Below the pieces are notes generated by a model that saw nothing but the letters and a program-made list of their open reading frames with translations, did not search any database and was not told the DNA's origin. The position numbers and the translations under genes are program-made. 64,000 nt of DNA from Spirogloea muscicola (Eukaryota), in the NCBI GenBank assembly GCA_009602725.1, contig WELB01000002.1, forward strand, positions 2,048,775 to 2,112,774. The letters are read 5' to 3'. Below are positions 47,486-61,493 of this stretch, piece after piece. Within the stretch, counting starts at the first letter, position 1, and every line of letters begins with the position of its first letter.

Positions 47486-50400
47486 TGTAATGTCGCCGTC
47501 CCTAATCACGTAGTTCGGGTCAGAACGTCCGGTTTGGGTTTCGGACATGGGATGTTTTGAAGACGACCCCCTCACAGTGGAACGCCAGCGCACTCCATGG
47601 TAATTACAGAAGGCCGGCGAGGCCCGCAGCGATGAGCTGCGGGCTGGGCAGCAAACGGCAGCAGCAAAGCTGTGGCGGCTGCTGCAGCGGCAGGCAGCAG
47701 CAGCAGAGCTGTGGCGGCGGTTGCGGCAGCAGGCAGCAGCAGGGCTGTGCCTCACTTGGCGTCACTGAGGAGTTCTCCTCAGTCGGACCAGTGTCTCAGT
47801 CTGACCTCGGCCTCCTACTGACAAGCGTTCCATCTGCCACCCCTCCCCTGAGGGTGACGAGGGTTACCCCCGAGGTCCTCCACCGGAGGGGCGGGCCTGA
47901 CGAATGGAGATATGAATCCAGGGGACTGGCGTGTGCTGCGCGTGGCGCGTGCCGCGCGTGGCAAGTGCCGCGCGTGGTGCGTGCCGCACGTGCCCAGGGC
48001 CTCAGCCCATACTTAGCCCATACTTAGCTATCCGTAGTGGAGCGAAGTTACCCGTACCGTTTGGGACTCCAAGACGGTTGATATGGTACGATCATGTAAG
48101 GTTACCGGCACCGTTGGCACAGTCAAACGGAGGGAACGTTACATACCTCCCCACTTATGTGTTCACGTCTGCGCGAAGAAGAAGGAAGCACTACAGGAGG
48201 TCGACCCACGGGAGAAAAGCCCGGCGGGTAGATACTGGACGACGGAGAGTAGAGGCAAGGCCTCCTGTTAGATACTCTTGAACGAGGGAAGGACAATTGG
48301 CAAGATTGACCGCAGGTTCTCATATACTTGCTCAGGCGCATAGCCTAGCCACTTGATAAGGTACTGCGGGACTTACAACACCCACGGAGAATGTAACGGT
48401 GTGACAATATCTCCTCCACTTGATACTCGTCCTCGTTTTCAAGAACGAGGGGAGCTGGGGGCGATTGGACACGGCCAACCGAAAGGTATGGCCCAAGCCG
48501 AGAGACACATGTACCGGTGTAGCGAGCTCGTATGCGACCTTGCCGACCAGGCGCACGACACGAAAGGGTCCAACCCAGTCCGGCAGCAACTTGTGCGTAC
48601 CCATAGCCCGCAATGCTAGGTGCTTAGAGCTCAAAAGCACTGGGGCACCCACGTCGAAGGACACATTTTTGCGAAGTAGATCAGCATACTGCTTTGGCCG
48701 GTGGTGAGCAGTTGTCAAGAATTGCGTAGCCCTCCGCTGAGCCTCCAGGAGGTCACCGGGAAGGCGTACTGCGGCCGGAACGCGCTCCGGCCTCCCCACC
48801 TGCAAAGGTGATCGGGGGTGCTGACAGACAGGAAGAAGGGTGTATGTTGGTAGGCATGAAAGGCGTTATTCACAGCATACTCGCTGGAGCAAGGTTCTCG
48901 TCCCAGTCAGCATGACTGAGGTTTACAGAAAGCCTTAGCATGTGTGCCAGAATATGCTTCAACCTTACAGTCTGACCGTCTAACTGCGGGTGGAAAGCTG
49001 TGGACATGGAGTGCTTGTGCCAAGAAGCCTGCACACTTCGTTCCAGAAGTGACCCGTGAAGCGAGGATCGCGGTCAGACGATCCGCTCGGGTACTCCGTG
49101 CAAGTTCCATACTCGGTCCACAGACATGCCAGCAAACCGGCAGGCTTAGGAGAGCTTGCCTAACCACGCTGGCAGATGGCGCAAGTCTTCACAAAGACTC
49201 TACTGGGATTTACAAGCCCGGCCACCATAAGAGAAGCTTGATAGCTTTCCTTGTCTTTCCAATACCGAAGTGACCACTATACGCAGGCGCATGCGTCTCT
49301 TGCATGATACAAGTGCGCAAGGCATTGCAGATGGGCACCACAATGGCGTCACCTCGCTACCAGAAGCCTTGGTCACATACTACAATGCGTGATTTGGTTG
49401 CTCCTGCAAAGCAAGGGTCTGTGCCATACCCATCATCAGAGCACGCACATACAGCTCAGAGAGGTTGGTGGTTCACTGCCGAGCGGCCTCAAGGGTAGGC
49501 TGCACGTCTGCGGTCTGAGCCCTTGTGGCACACAAGACAGGCGCCACAGCAGCCCTTCCAATGTTGCAGCCACTGGGTCCGCAGCACTGTTACTTTCAGG
49601 TGGTACACCCCTGAAATGGACCAGTACCTTACTACCAACTCACCAAGCTTGACGCCTGCTCAATTGCTGCTGTGTGTGAAAAGTCGACTGGCTAAAGCCC
49701 GTTACAACCATAGATTTAGCCCCCTTGAGATAGCAACGCCACACACGGAGGGCGTGCACAACAGCAAGGAGCTCCCCCCGTAGTTGAGTTGCGCCCTGCA
49801 GGACTGAGCAGGCGAGTCTCAAACGCGACGGGGAGACCCTCCTGCAAGATAACGGCAAATGCTGATCAAAGAGGCGTCACACATCATATGACTACAATGG
49901 AGGCGCCCTCTCTAGGCAAGGCCCAAAGAGGTGGGAATACTAGAACCCATTCTGGAATTTCCTCAAATGCCCGCGGGCATTTGGACGTCCACCCCAGGGT
50001 ACGTTCTTACGAGAGAGCGTCGTAAGAGGTTCTGTCATACTTCCGTGTCCTTGCAGGAATCCTGACAGGAACGGGGATACTGCGAATATTTGAAGGATCG
50101 CAACTGCGGCACATTCCGTGGCACTTAGCCATCCTTACGTCAACCTCTGCAGACAGATGCAGCATGACTTGATCACTGCTTTTGGGGTTGACGCAAACGC
50201 CGTCTTTGCCCACAGCATTCCCAAATACTGGTTACGTACACATTGCATACAAATGATTTCACGTCGCAAAAGCAGCACGAGCTGCAGGTGAAATACTGAT
50301 CTTCGGGTGTGACAAAAGCGGACAGGTGCACCATACTGCGACTGAGGGGGCTCACTATGCCCGTATTCAAACGAGTCCGCCACTTGGGAGTGCATCTCTC

Positions 50401-53400
50401 AACACTCGAGAGTACTCAATCGATACGGAGGCCAGACGTCTTTGAGCCACTTCGGAGGAGGAGGCACCCGTCCAGAGGAGTTGGGGACATGCATCCAACT
50501 ACTTCGGTGACTGATTGTCAAAAGCCGCACCAGGTGAGGCATTCACACATACCACAGAATCAGGGGGAGACTCATTACACATCATCAAAATCAGATTCAC
50601 AGCCGAAGCTGGCTGCGTGTGAAGGTGTAGCCGCAACGACAGCTGTTGGTCGCAGAGTGCAAAGATGCTGTTCCAAAGCATCCCCTTAAGTCAACCCTTT
50701 GGCATCAAGGACGGAGACAAGCACTCCCCCGGAGTACTCTGATGCACCAGCCAGCTGCAGGCTGTTCAATGCCCAGCAGCTACGAGTGCACAGGGTTACT
50801 CAGCAATTAGCTGGGCTAATGGTCCAACTCTCGCTTACCAGCAATATGGCCAACGTTACAGGCCACTCGGGCAGGACACTGTGACCGACATGATCTTGAC
50901 CATGCCCGCGAACTGTGGCATGACACGTGGTCATCACAAGGGGTAAACCGGCGAAAAATCGACCAAGCAGTGGCTGCAGAGGGCGTTGGCAACATCTGCC
51001 AAGCTTGGCTCCGCAAGCTCACTCAAGCCATAGCTGTGACGTTCTGATCTCTATTGACACAGTTGGGGTTTAGGACGTCCTTATTGGTTTAGGTCGCTGG
51101 GGTTTAGAGACAAACCCCCAGCACAGTGAAGCACCACATTCTCACGCAGCGGAATACCTTGCCCTGAGGCGCCGCCGACAGGCAGCGACTCACCTCTCGG
51201 TACAAGCTAGCAACTGTCCCCAAAAGGAGCAGCCTAAATCTATGCTGCTGCCAGTGATCTTGATGTGCCCATGTCAAGCAAAGGTTGAACAATTACAGTG
51301 CACCCATAGGATGTCGGGCCCGCCTTCTCGAAGGTGGGCCTCGAGGCGAGCCTCCCAGAGATCCCTGGGGAGGGTGGCACGTGAAGCACTATAAGTAGGG
51401 CTGAGACCAACCTGAAGGCACCCGGTCCAAGTTAGCGAAGCCCACGCGAGAGAGAGGCACGCAGCCCTGCTGCCGCCTGCTGCCGCAGCTCGTCCACGCA
51501 GGCCTGGTGCCTCCTGCTGCTGCAGCCCGACACCGCAACCCGTCCCTGTGGGTCTTCATCGGCTCTTCTGAAGTAGACTGACAAGGGAGATACGATCGTA
51601 AGAGCGGCGGCGCCGCCATGCGCGAAGTGGTGCCGCCCTGCACGGCGCCGCCTTGCGCGGCGCCGCGCCTCCAGGACCGTCACAGCACCAAACGCGTCAC
51701 AAGCATATCACTACGAGTCCGGCGGCACCGCCGGGTAGCCGGCGGTGCGGCGGCCATGCCGCCAGGCGGCTGGCGGCCATGCCGCCGGCGGCCCAGCGGC
51801 CATGCGGCGCAAGCTCCGGCGAGCCGCGGCGAACTGCGCGTCACTGTCGCGCGTCGTCCACGTCTTGCACGCCAGCGATACTGGGGCCGCGCGCCGTTAC
51901 TACGCGTTAGCGTTCAACCCAAGCTTAAACGGCACGTAACGGGTGGGGACGTTACAATAGCTGTGACATCACATTATCAACAGCTGCAGAGAGTCAAGGA
52001 CTTCGCCTGGAAGTAGGTGACACTGAAGTGCGACTGACCAGGGCCCAAGGCATTGAGGTGAATGAAGTTGGCGGACAGTCACATTCCTCATCGCACTTAC
52101 TGCCAAGCACCATACTGCCAGCTCTTGGAGTGTGCACTCAGCACAAACCAGGGTGAGGGCGCACCAGCCGCCAACACCTGAGGTACGGCAAGGTGAGGAC
52201 CAAAGCAGGGAACACCCATGCCGAGGCATCACACAATACCGATCTCACCACGTAGTCCACGACGTCCATGGCGCACAGTTACATTTAGGCGAGCTTAGAG
52301 CGGGTTAGAACACACCAGGGCCCATGTTTCACACATTAGAAAAATGGGTACTGGCCAGCTCTTGTTACACAGCAGCACAGCCGATAGCTGATATACAAGC
52401 AATGTCGTTACTGGTGGTGGAACACAAGCCACTTGTCACCGAGCGACGGATATCAAAGTTGGCGAGAACGAACAAATCGTTGAGCGCTCAGGGCGCAGTG
52501 GCACACAAGCGACATGTTGCCCAGATACTTGCCAAGTCAATGGCATTCTGTACATAAGGTCAGTGAGCTTGGAAGAAGTTCCCAATATCATGAGATCCCC
52601 CGGGGTGGACTTTTTCACCAGAGCCTGCCACGAGGCAGATACCCACACAGAGAGGTGGTCACATTCCAACGCGCGATGTGAAGGGATTGCCGTACAAGCA
52701 AGCCATACCACTATCTCAAAGCCAGGTGTTGAGGGTGCTCCTCTTTGCTTTCCTAGCCAACACGGCAGGTGGAGACGACTGGGCACGTTCAGTTAGAACC
52801 ATTACTGTTGCTGCCACCCAGCAACAGCAACAGGTAGACATGGCTGGTACAGACGGCTGAACACACCCAGTAGTGATGATTGGGTGCAGCAGGTGGAGAC
52901 GGTTAGGGACATCCAACCAGAGCTCTGGGCAGCCTCATACTGCTCCATCAAGCGCACAACGTGCTGCACCTCCTTGGAATCGGACATCCAGGGATGGCGA
53001 CTGGAGCCCCGACAGCTCATCAAAGCACTTCCTCGACCTTAGCAGGTTGAACAGCCGGCAAAGGGGAATTAGGTGGCGCTCTTGAGTCCGACTGAATGCC
53101 CTTTACATCAACACACTGAGGGATTATGTCAGTGGCGGGTATAAAGCTTATCTGCTAAATCAATACTACCACGGTGATACTGAGCCAGGCCCGTGCACAA
53201 GGCAAGCAATGCAAATGGTAGCCCGCCAAATCATACCCCCAAACAGCTAAGCTGTTAAAGCAGACTGAGGGAGGGCACCGGGCAAGAGTAAGGACCAGCG
53301 CCTGGCCGACCGTCAGATTGCCGCCCATGTGCGGCACCGGGTGCTATGCCGTGCATCATAGGCCAGCTACACACCGGGCACGGGTGGTTACGCAGGCGAA

Positions 53401-54419
53401 TTGACCAGGCAATGAAGATTGCCGCCAGGAAGAAGAGCCAGTCGGCATCTTAAGAACCCGGTGCGTGGATGTCGAAGGCAAAAAGGTGGCGCAATTGCTG
53501 CTTCGTTGATGACAGCTCCACGTCCATACTGCTAAAAGTTTGACTCGAAAGACAAAAATTGGTCCAGAATACCGAGGGATCCTCGCACTGTCAACAGTAA
53601 AACACAGCTCTTACATGACTGGCTAGATGCGATAACTCCTCTGATACCAATGTAACGTCCCTGTCCTTAATCACGAAGTCAGGGTCAGAACGTCCTGTTT
53701 GGATTTCGGACATAGGTTGTTTTGGAGACAACCCCCTTACAGAGTGGAACGCTGACGCACACAGCGCACACAGACGCGCACATAGCGCAGCGAAAGTCTT
53801 ACCCTGAAGCACCGCCGGAAGATGGCGACTCGACCGAGGGTCAGCAGCTGTCCCTGCAAGGGGTGCAGCCATAAATAGTACTTACAGAGAGCCGGCGAGG
53901 CCCGCAGCGATGAGCTGCGGGCTGGGCACAGCAGGCAGCAGCAGCAGAGCTGTGGCGGCAGCTGCAGCGGCAGGCAGCAGCAGCAGAGCTGTGGCGGCGG
54001 CTGCGGCAGCAGGCAAAAGCAGGGCTGCCTGTCTTGGCGTTATTGGTCCGACTGAGGAGTCTGACTTCGTCCTCCTACTGATAAGCGTTCCATCTGCCAC
54101 CCCTCCCCTGAGGGTGTGACGAGGTTTGCCCCCAAGGTCCTCCCTCGGAGGGGCGGGCCTGACGGATAAGGATACGAATCCCGGGGGCTGGCGCGTGCTG
54201 CGCGTGGCGCGTGCCGCCCATGGCAGTGCCGCGCATGGCGCGTGCCGCACGTGGCGCGTGCTGCACGTGCCCAGGGCCTCAGCCCATACTTGGCCCATAC
54301 TTACTTATACGTAGTGGAGCGAAGTTACCTGTACCGATTGGGACTCCAAAACGGTAGATCAGTACGATCATGTAAGGTTACCGGCACCGTCGGCACAGTC
54401 AAACGGAGGGAACGTTACA
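47486..54419 (-). mobile_element. Two-LTR degenerate chromovirus-type Ty3/Gypsy element (LTR family E)
   Basis: 5' LTR 54419-53651; PBS TGGTATCAGAG (53649-53639, initiator-Met type); decayed pol with integrase C-terminus and chromodomain (48300-48800); PPT AAGTGGGGAGG; 3' LTR 48143-47486. Perfect TSD CTGTG at 47481-47485 and 54420-54424. Confidence 0.92.
51035..51956 (-). mobile_element. Solo LTR, family B, with internal inversion
   Basis: TG...CA termini; perfect TSD ATAGC at 51030-51034 and 51957-51961. Confidence 0.9.
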
Positions 54420-54449
54420 CTGTGTCCCGCCTCGTGCGAGCACAACAGC

Positions 54450-57400
54450 TGTAACATCCCCTGTTTGGGAGAATCAAACGGTACCGGTAAGCGGCTTTAC
54501 GCTCGGCTTCACACGCGCCACACGCCAGTCACGCGCTTCCCGCGCCAGTCAGGCGCGGCACGAGCCAGTCCCCAGGACTCGTGTACCATTCGTCAGGCTC
54601 GCGCCACGCGAGCCCGCACCTTGCGCGTCACGCGCCAGTTGTAACCCCATTGTGCGGGTCCGCTCCTCCAAGGGCCAGACCTCGGGGCTACCCTCATCAC
54701 ACCCTCCGGGAAGGGGTGGCAGATGGAACGCTATGAGTAGTAGGCCGAGGCCAGACTCCTCAGTCGGACCAGTGACGCACGCCCAGAGAGAGGCACAGTC
54801 CTGCTTGCCTGCTGCCGCAGCCCCCGCCCCAGCCCTGCTGCTGCCGTCTGCTGCCCAGCCCGTCGCCGCAGCCTGTCGTTGCGGACATCGCCGGCTCTCT
54901 GTAAGTGCCATGGTTGCGCCCCATTTGAGGACAGCTACTAAACCAGACCCTCCGTAGAGTCGCCGCCTTCTGGCGATGCCTCAGGGTAAGACTTCGGCTT
55001 TGCTATGTGATGCACGTGTGTGTGCCGTGTGCGCTGGCGCTCTAGGTCTGAACTCAATAAGGACATACTAACCCCTAATTGCGTGTATAGGGATCAGGAC
55101 GTCACATTTCGTATAAGAGGAATCCTTGCATCTGGCTAGCCTCGTACTTCTGTCGTGAAACGACTGACCATGCAAGGTTCCTTCTGATGCTCTGCCACTG
55201 ACTAATCTGTTGTGACTTGCCAGCCCTTGCCAGAGTACCCGTGGATCTGCATCGGCTGGCTCAATGATGCTGTGAAAACTCGCCCCCTGCATCCACCCAT
55301 CCGGGTCGGCCAATGTCAAGTGGTCCTCCACCCCGGCGGCAATCGCAATTGCCAGGTCAGTATCTCGCCTGCGTAACCACTTGCGGTTGGCGGATTGCCT
55401 GTCGTCATGACAAGGAGGTGAAACCGACCGCGATGGGCGGCGAAATCGGAGGATGTGCCAGAAACTGGTCCGTACTCCAGTCCAGGCCCCTCCTTCAGAT
55501 GCTCCTGCTGCTTCGCGTTTTAGGGGTATGACTTGCGCGCTACCATGATAGCTTTGCTTGCCTGGGGCACCAGCTTGCTCAGCAACATATTGTGGTATTG
55601 TCTCGGCGGTTTGTCTTATGCCAACCACGGACTCGATCCCTCAAGTGTGTTGGTGTAAAGGCATGATTCGCTGACTCGAGTGTGCAACCTAGTCCTCCTC
55701 CGCCGGCAGTACCACCGGCCGAGATCGAGGAGATGGTGAATGAGATGGCGGAGCTCCAAGCGCCCGGCGCGAACGGCCTGACATCCACCGAGGCGCGGCG
55801 TCTTGAGCGCCTCAGTGAGCAAGTAGAGGCTGCAATCCCGAGTGGGGATCTGCTGGTGAACCCCGTGTTGGGGGTGTTATGCGAAGAGGTGCGGTGCGAA
55901 CGCTGATTGCCCGTATGTGCGCGGGTGAGCAGCGGGTTTGCCGCCTCAAGGTGACAGTAAGCCACGGCGCGCGGCTGGGCGTGTCCGGCCGTGCCAGCCT
56001 GCCAAGTATGATGTGCAGAGCAGCCTCGCCGCCTGGCTCCGCGAGTTGATCGTCTGATTCGTGCTGTGTGAAACACCTGTACCATAACGTGTGGGGATCG
56101 CGACCCCGTACTCCACGGCGGATCCCGCAAGTGTTTGGGAATCCACGAAGTCGTCCTCCCACTTCAGAGTGTCTGATCACTTAGATTTCCTTCACCCGCT
56201 CACTCACCGTCCAGTACGGAAAGGTGCGTGCGGAGCTCAATGCCCGCAGTATTGTCGACGTCATTCGCATAGTGGGCAATGACTTCGAGGATTAAGTACG
56301 CGTATTGATTCGTTGTTGATGGAATGAGGCACGATGGACGCCAAACATGAAATGGAACGCTCAAGGCGGGTATTCCGCATTGCGTGGCAGTGTTGTCCTA
56401 GTTGGACAAAATCACGTTTGAAGCTGTGTCATCCCCAATTTATCTACAACGCTGCGTCATGATTTGGCAACGGCTTTCTTGTGGGTAACAAGCGGCGTGT
56501 GCGCCACTGTGTCCTTGCTTGGCGCTAAAAGATTTGTGCGTTCTCGGCAATGTTGTGATCGTCGCTTGTGTTTCACGAGGACGCCCCTTATGTGACAGCT
56601 ATCGGCTGTGCTGTTAGTCAGCACGGGCTAGCCGGGACCCATCAGTCTCGTGCAACTTGGGTATGGTGTGGTATAACCCAACCCAAGCTGGCCTAGCTGT
56701 GGCTCTGTGCCCGTGGAAGTTGTGGACTTTGTCGTGAGATCGGCACAGTTCGATGCCTCGGCATGGGTGAACCCTGTTGGAATACTCACCTTGTCGTATC
56801 TCCGTTGTTGGCGGCTGGTCCGCCCTCACCCTGGTTTGTGCATTGGCACAGTCCATGACGTACTGGAAGTGCTATGGTGCTTTTGCACTGTAGTGAGATA
56901 AGGAATGTGCCTGGCCGCCATCCTTATTGACCTAGAGGCGTGTGTGGCCCTGGTCAGAAGCACCTCAGTGTTATCTACTTCCAGTGCAAGTCCATGGCTC
57001 TCCAAAGCTGTTAATGATATTATCACGGCTACGGGCTAAGTGGGTGTGCTGACGCAGGGTTGACGAATGTTGTCAATGCCCCCTGCAGCACCCGCTGCCT
57101 GGAACTCTCTTCGCTTCCTTACTCTCTGCGGCGCCTACGTATCAAGCCACGTGAATCGGGTATGGAAGAGACCAGGTGTGGCTCTGTGTCCTGCTCGAGT
57201 GGTCTGTCTGTAAGCCATTATGCTGAGTAGTGAAGATTGCGCCATTGGCCCAGCTATGTGCCTGGATATCTTTGTGCACTTGAGAGTGTGAGCTGCCGGT
57301 AGATGATGCCTTCAGCTGGCTGGTGCAGTTTGTGTACTCTGGGTGAATCTTCGCTCATCTCTGCCTTTGACTGTCAAAGAGTTGACTTGTGTGGGATTGC

Positions 57401-60400
57401 TCTGACCAGCATCCTGACAAGCCGAGCCGGAAGGCCGTATTTGAAGATGTACTCTCACATGGTTCCAGCTTTGGCTGAGTATCTCATTGTGATGATGCGC
57501 ACAGAGTCTCCCCCTGATTCTGCGAGTGTTGGTCTCAACATGGTGTGACTCTTGACAGCAGTCGTGCGGTGCACCCATCCTCTTCGTTGTGAAGTAGGCT
57601 GGAGTCTTCGGACGTGCATCGAGTTTGAGCTCTGAACAAGCTCACTGTCAAGATAACATACCTTTTGCTTATCTTCGATGAGATGTGAAATCATCTTTTG
57701 GGAGCTCACGCGTATAGCTCCCCCGCTTTGCAAAGTGGTGATGACCATTTGCCTCTCACACCTGAGGAAGTCCCGTATTTAGCTTGTTTTAGGCCGCTCG
57801 GCTACTTCTGACGCAAGATGCTCCGTTTTGATTTTACCAGAGCACTTGCCACGCGTCAGGTTGTGATTTAAAATCTCTTTGGCCCCCTACAGTGTGACTC
57901 TGTGCTGGTTTACTTGATGGCAGACTGGTGTTTCAGTTCAGTCAAACAGCTTAGGAGAACACCTGAGGATCACGTACTGCACCTGCAGCATGTACTGCAG
58001 TTGCTGCGTGCAAATCAACCATATACCAACTATGTGTATAACCAGCCGGAACATACACAGGGCATGTTGTGAACAAAGACAGTCGCGTGAACCCCACCAG
58101 GTAGTAAAGGACTGTAATAGTAATTGTGCCACGGAATATTCCACAGTTGCGTGTTCCTTCTTAGGGTTCGCAAATTACTTCCGCAAGTTCCTACAAGGAT
58201 ACGGAAGTATGGCATCTCCTCTTCCGAGGCTCACTCGTAAGGACGTCAGCTGGGTGTGGACGTCCGAATGCCAAATAGCATTTGAGGAGATGAAGACGGG
58301 TCTTGGTGCATCCACCCGTTTTGGCCTTGCCTCGAGAAGGCGTGCCATTTGAAGTAGTATGTGACGCCTCTTTGATCGGCAACGGTGCCGTTCTCTTGCA
58401 GGATGGTCACCCGTAGCATTTGAAAGTCGCCTGCTTCGTCCCGCAGAGCGTAACTACACCATGGGAGGAGCAAGAGCTCCTTGCTGTTGTGCAAGCCAAA
58501 TGCGTGTGGCATGCAGTCTCGAGGGTGTTGATTTAGGGTTGTGAAGGATCATTGCCCGTTGACCTACTTTCACACACAACAGTAATTGAGCAGACGTCAG
58601 CACAGTGGGCTAAGTGCATGGCCACATTCCGTTTCCAGTGGGTGTACCGCCCTGGAAGTATGAATGTTGCAGACTTGGCAACCGCAACATTGCAGAGGCT
58701 GTTGTGGCGGCTGTCTTGCACGCTTCAGGGGTACCGACCGCAGACGTGCGGCCTACTCGTGGAGCTGCTCGGCAGTCCCCCGCCAACATCTCTGAGCTGT
58801 ATGTACGTATTCGTGATGGGTATGGCACAGACCCATGCTTTGCAGTTGAAACTAATACACGCACCCAAGTAAATGACCAAGGCTTCTGGTGGCGAGGTGA
58901 CGCCGTTGTAGTCCCCGACTGCAACCCGACTGCAACGCCTTGCGCAGCAGTTCTTGCAAGAGCTGCATGAGCCTCCGTATGGTGGTCACTTGAGTATGGG
59001 AGAGACAAAGAAGGCTGTCCAGGTTATCGTTTGGTGGCCAGACTCAAGAGTCCAAGTGAAGTCTTCTGTGAAGACTGGTACCACCTGCCAGCACAGTAAG
59101 GGACGCACGCATAAGCCTGCCGGGTTGCTCCAACCGTTGGAGATTCCTACGAGGAACTGGTCTGATATGAGTGTGGTTTTTATCACCCAGTCGCCGATAT
59201 CGCGCAACGGCTATGACGCCATTGTCGTGTTTACGGATCGTCTGAGTGAATTGGCGCGTTTTGTGCCTACGACCACGGAGGTGTCGGCCAAGGAATTTGC
59301 TGGTCTATTCGTGGCTCGAGTATGGCAACTGCACGGAGTGCCCAAACGAATCGTGTCTGACCACGACCCTCAATTTACGGGGCACTCCTGGCAAGAAGTG
59401 TGCAGGCTGATTGGCACCCAGCACTCCATGTCCACGGCTTTCCACCCCCAAGCAGATGGTCAGACGGAAAGGATGATCGAGTTTTGCCGTACATGTTAAG
59501 GCACTTTGTAAACTCCAGCCAAAGTAAGTGGGATGAGTATCTTGCTCCACGGAGTACAGCTGTGATCAACGCCTTCCATGAGTCCACCAGAACGACGCCC
59601 TTCTTCTTAAATTACGGTCAGCATCGCTCAGCACCGTTACAGGTGGAGAAGCTGGAACATGTGCCGGCCGCAGTAACTTTTACCGGCAACCTCCTGGAAG
59701 CTCAGCGGAGGTTTAGGCAATGCTTGATGATTGCCCAGCATCGGCAAAAGCAGTATGCTGATCGACATCGTCGTGAAATATCCTTCGACGTTGGTGCTCA
59801 AGTGCTCTTAAGCGCACGGCATCTCTCCATGCGGGCTGTAGGCACGCCTAAGTTGCTGCCAACGTGGTTGGACCCTTTCGTGTAGTGTGCGCCTGGTCGG
59901 CAAGGTCGCATATGAGCTGGATACTTCGGTACAAGGGAATGTTCACAAAGATTTCCATGTGTCCCAGCTCGAGCCATTCCATACATATGGTCGTGTCTGA
60001 CCGCCCCCACCTCCCCGTGTCGTTGAGGATAAGGAAGAGTATGAGTGGAGGAGATCTTGTCTCACTGCGACAATCTCCATTAGCAACGTAAGTCCCGAGA
60101 GTATCTTGTCCAGTGGCTAGGCTATGGCCGGAACACAATACGCGGGAACCTTCGGCCAACCTTGCCAGGTGTCCGTCTGTTCTATGTAAGTATCTTTTAC
60201 AGGGGCGTGTCACCCCCTAGCGTGGTATTGGACGCACCCGCAGAAGTAACCTCTTCGGTTTATTTCCTCTGTACCGTGTCCTTGTTCCCGAGGACGCGAA
60301 AAAGTGGGGAGGAATATAACGTCCCCTGTTTTGGAGAACCAACAGTACCGGTAAGTGGCTTCTCGCGCGGCTTCACGCGCGCCACACCCAAATAACGCGC

Positions 60401-60997
60401 TTCACGCGCCAGTCACGCGCGGCACGCGCCGGTCCCCAGGACTCGTCTACCATTCGTCAGGCTTGCGCCACGCGAGCCCGCACCTTGCGCGTCACGCGCC
60501 AGTCGTATCCCCATTGTGCGGATCCGCTCCTCCGGGGGCCGGACCTCAGGGCTACCCTCGTCACACCCTCGGGGGAGGGGTGGTAGGTGGAGCGCTACAA
60601 GTAGTAGGCCGAGGCCAGACTCCTCAGTCGGACCCGTGACGCCCAGAGAGAGGCACAGCCCTGCTTGCCTGCTGCCGCAGCCGCCGCCCCAGCCCTGCTG
60701 CTGCCGTCTGCTGCCAAGCCCGTCGCTGCAGCCCGTCACTGCGGACATCGCCGGCTCTCCGTAAGTGCCGTGGTTGCGCCCCATCTGGGGACAGCCACTA
60801 AACCAGACCCTCCGTAGAGTCGCCGCCTTCTGGCGGTGCCTCAGGGTAAGACTTCCGCTGTGCTATGTGATGCACGTGTTTGCGCAGTGTGCGCTGGCGT
60901 TCTACTATGTAGGGGGGTAGTTCCTAAACCCCCTAGGTTTGAAGTCAATAAGGACGTACTAAGCCCCAACTGCGTGTATAGGGATTAGGACGTCACA
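54450..60997 (+). mobile_element. Two-LTR degenerate chromovirus-type Ty3/Gypsy element (LTR family C)
   Basis: 5' LTR 54450-55106; decayed PBS; gag remnant; decayed RT and RNase H; integrase (HEPPYGGH..CQHSK..PAGLLQPLEIP..STAFHPQADGQTERM); chromodomain remnant; PPT AAAAGTGGGGAGGAA; 3' LTR 60315-60997. TSD ACAGC/GCAGC. Confidence 0.92.
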
Positions 60998-61299
60998 GCA
61001 GCGACATCCCAGCGGGGCTCGATCAATAACGCCGCGCTTCTGTGGCACAATGAGAACATAATTTTTCCAAGCCGACGGCAGGCAGGCCAGCTCAGATGGA
61101 CACCTGCAGCCCTTTGCAAGTCATGTGGGCAACCTACACAGATAGAGGCCCTCCGACCTCCAGACCTTGCAACAAAGTAGAAATGGATCGCACAGAAGTA
61201 TGGACAAGATTGAAGCAGCCAGAAAGCGCTAGAGCACACAGCGACTCAAGTGGCTAATGGCTGCTCAATATCGAGATAGGACGCTTCCAGGAGAGGCGG

Positions 61300-61385
61300 T
61301 GGCTGTGAGAAGAAGTGGCTCTCTCCCAATGGGGGGCAAGGGCTGTGAAAAGCCAGCCCGAAAAGAATCGGAAGGGGCCAAATGT
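61300..61385 (-). mobile_element. CRE-like 3' tail
   Basis: Homologous to 5220-5296, with hairpin at ~61340-61359. Confidence 0.65.
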
Positions 61386-61493
61386 CGGAGGGGCCTAAAG
61401 ACGATTTGATTGCCTGCGGATGAAGCGCGCAATCGGTACTTTGGCTGACGGGCAAGCAACGCCAGCAAGATCAAACAGCTAAAGTGCATCTGG

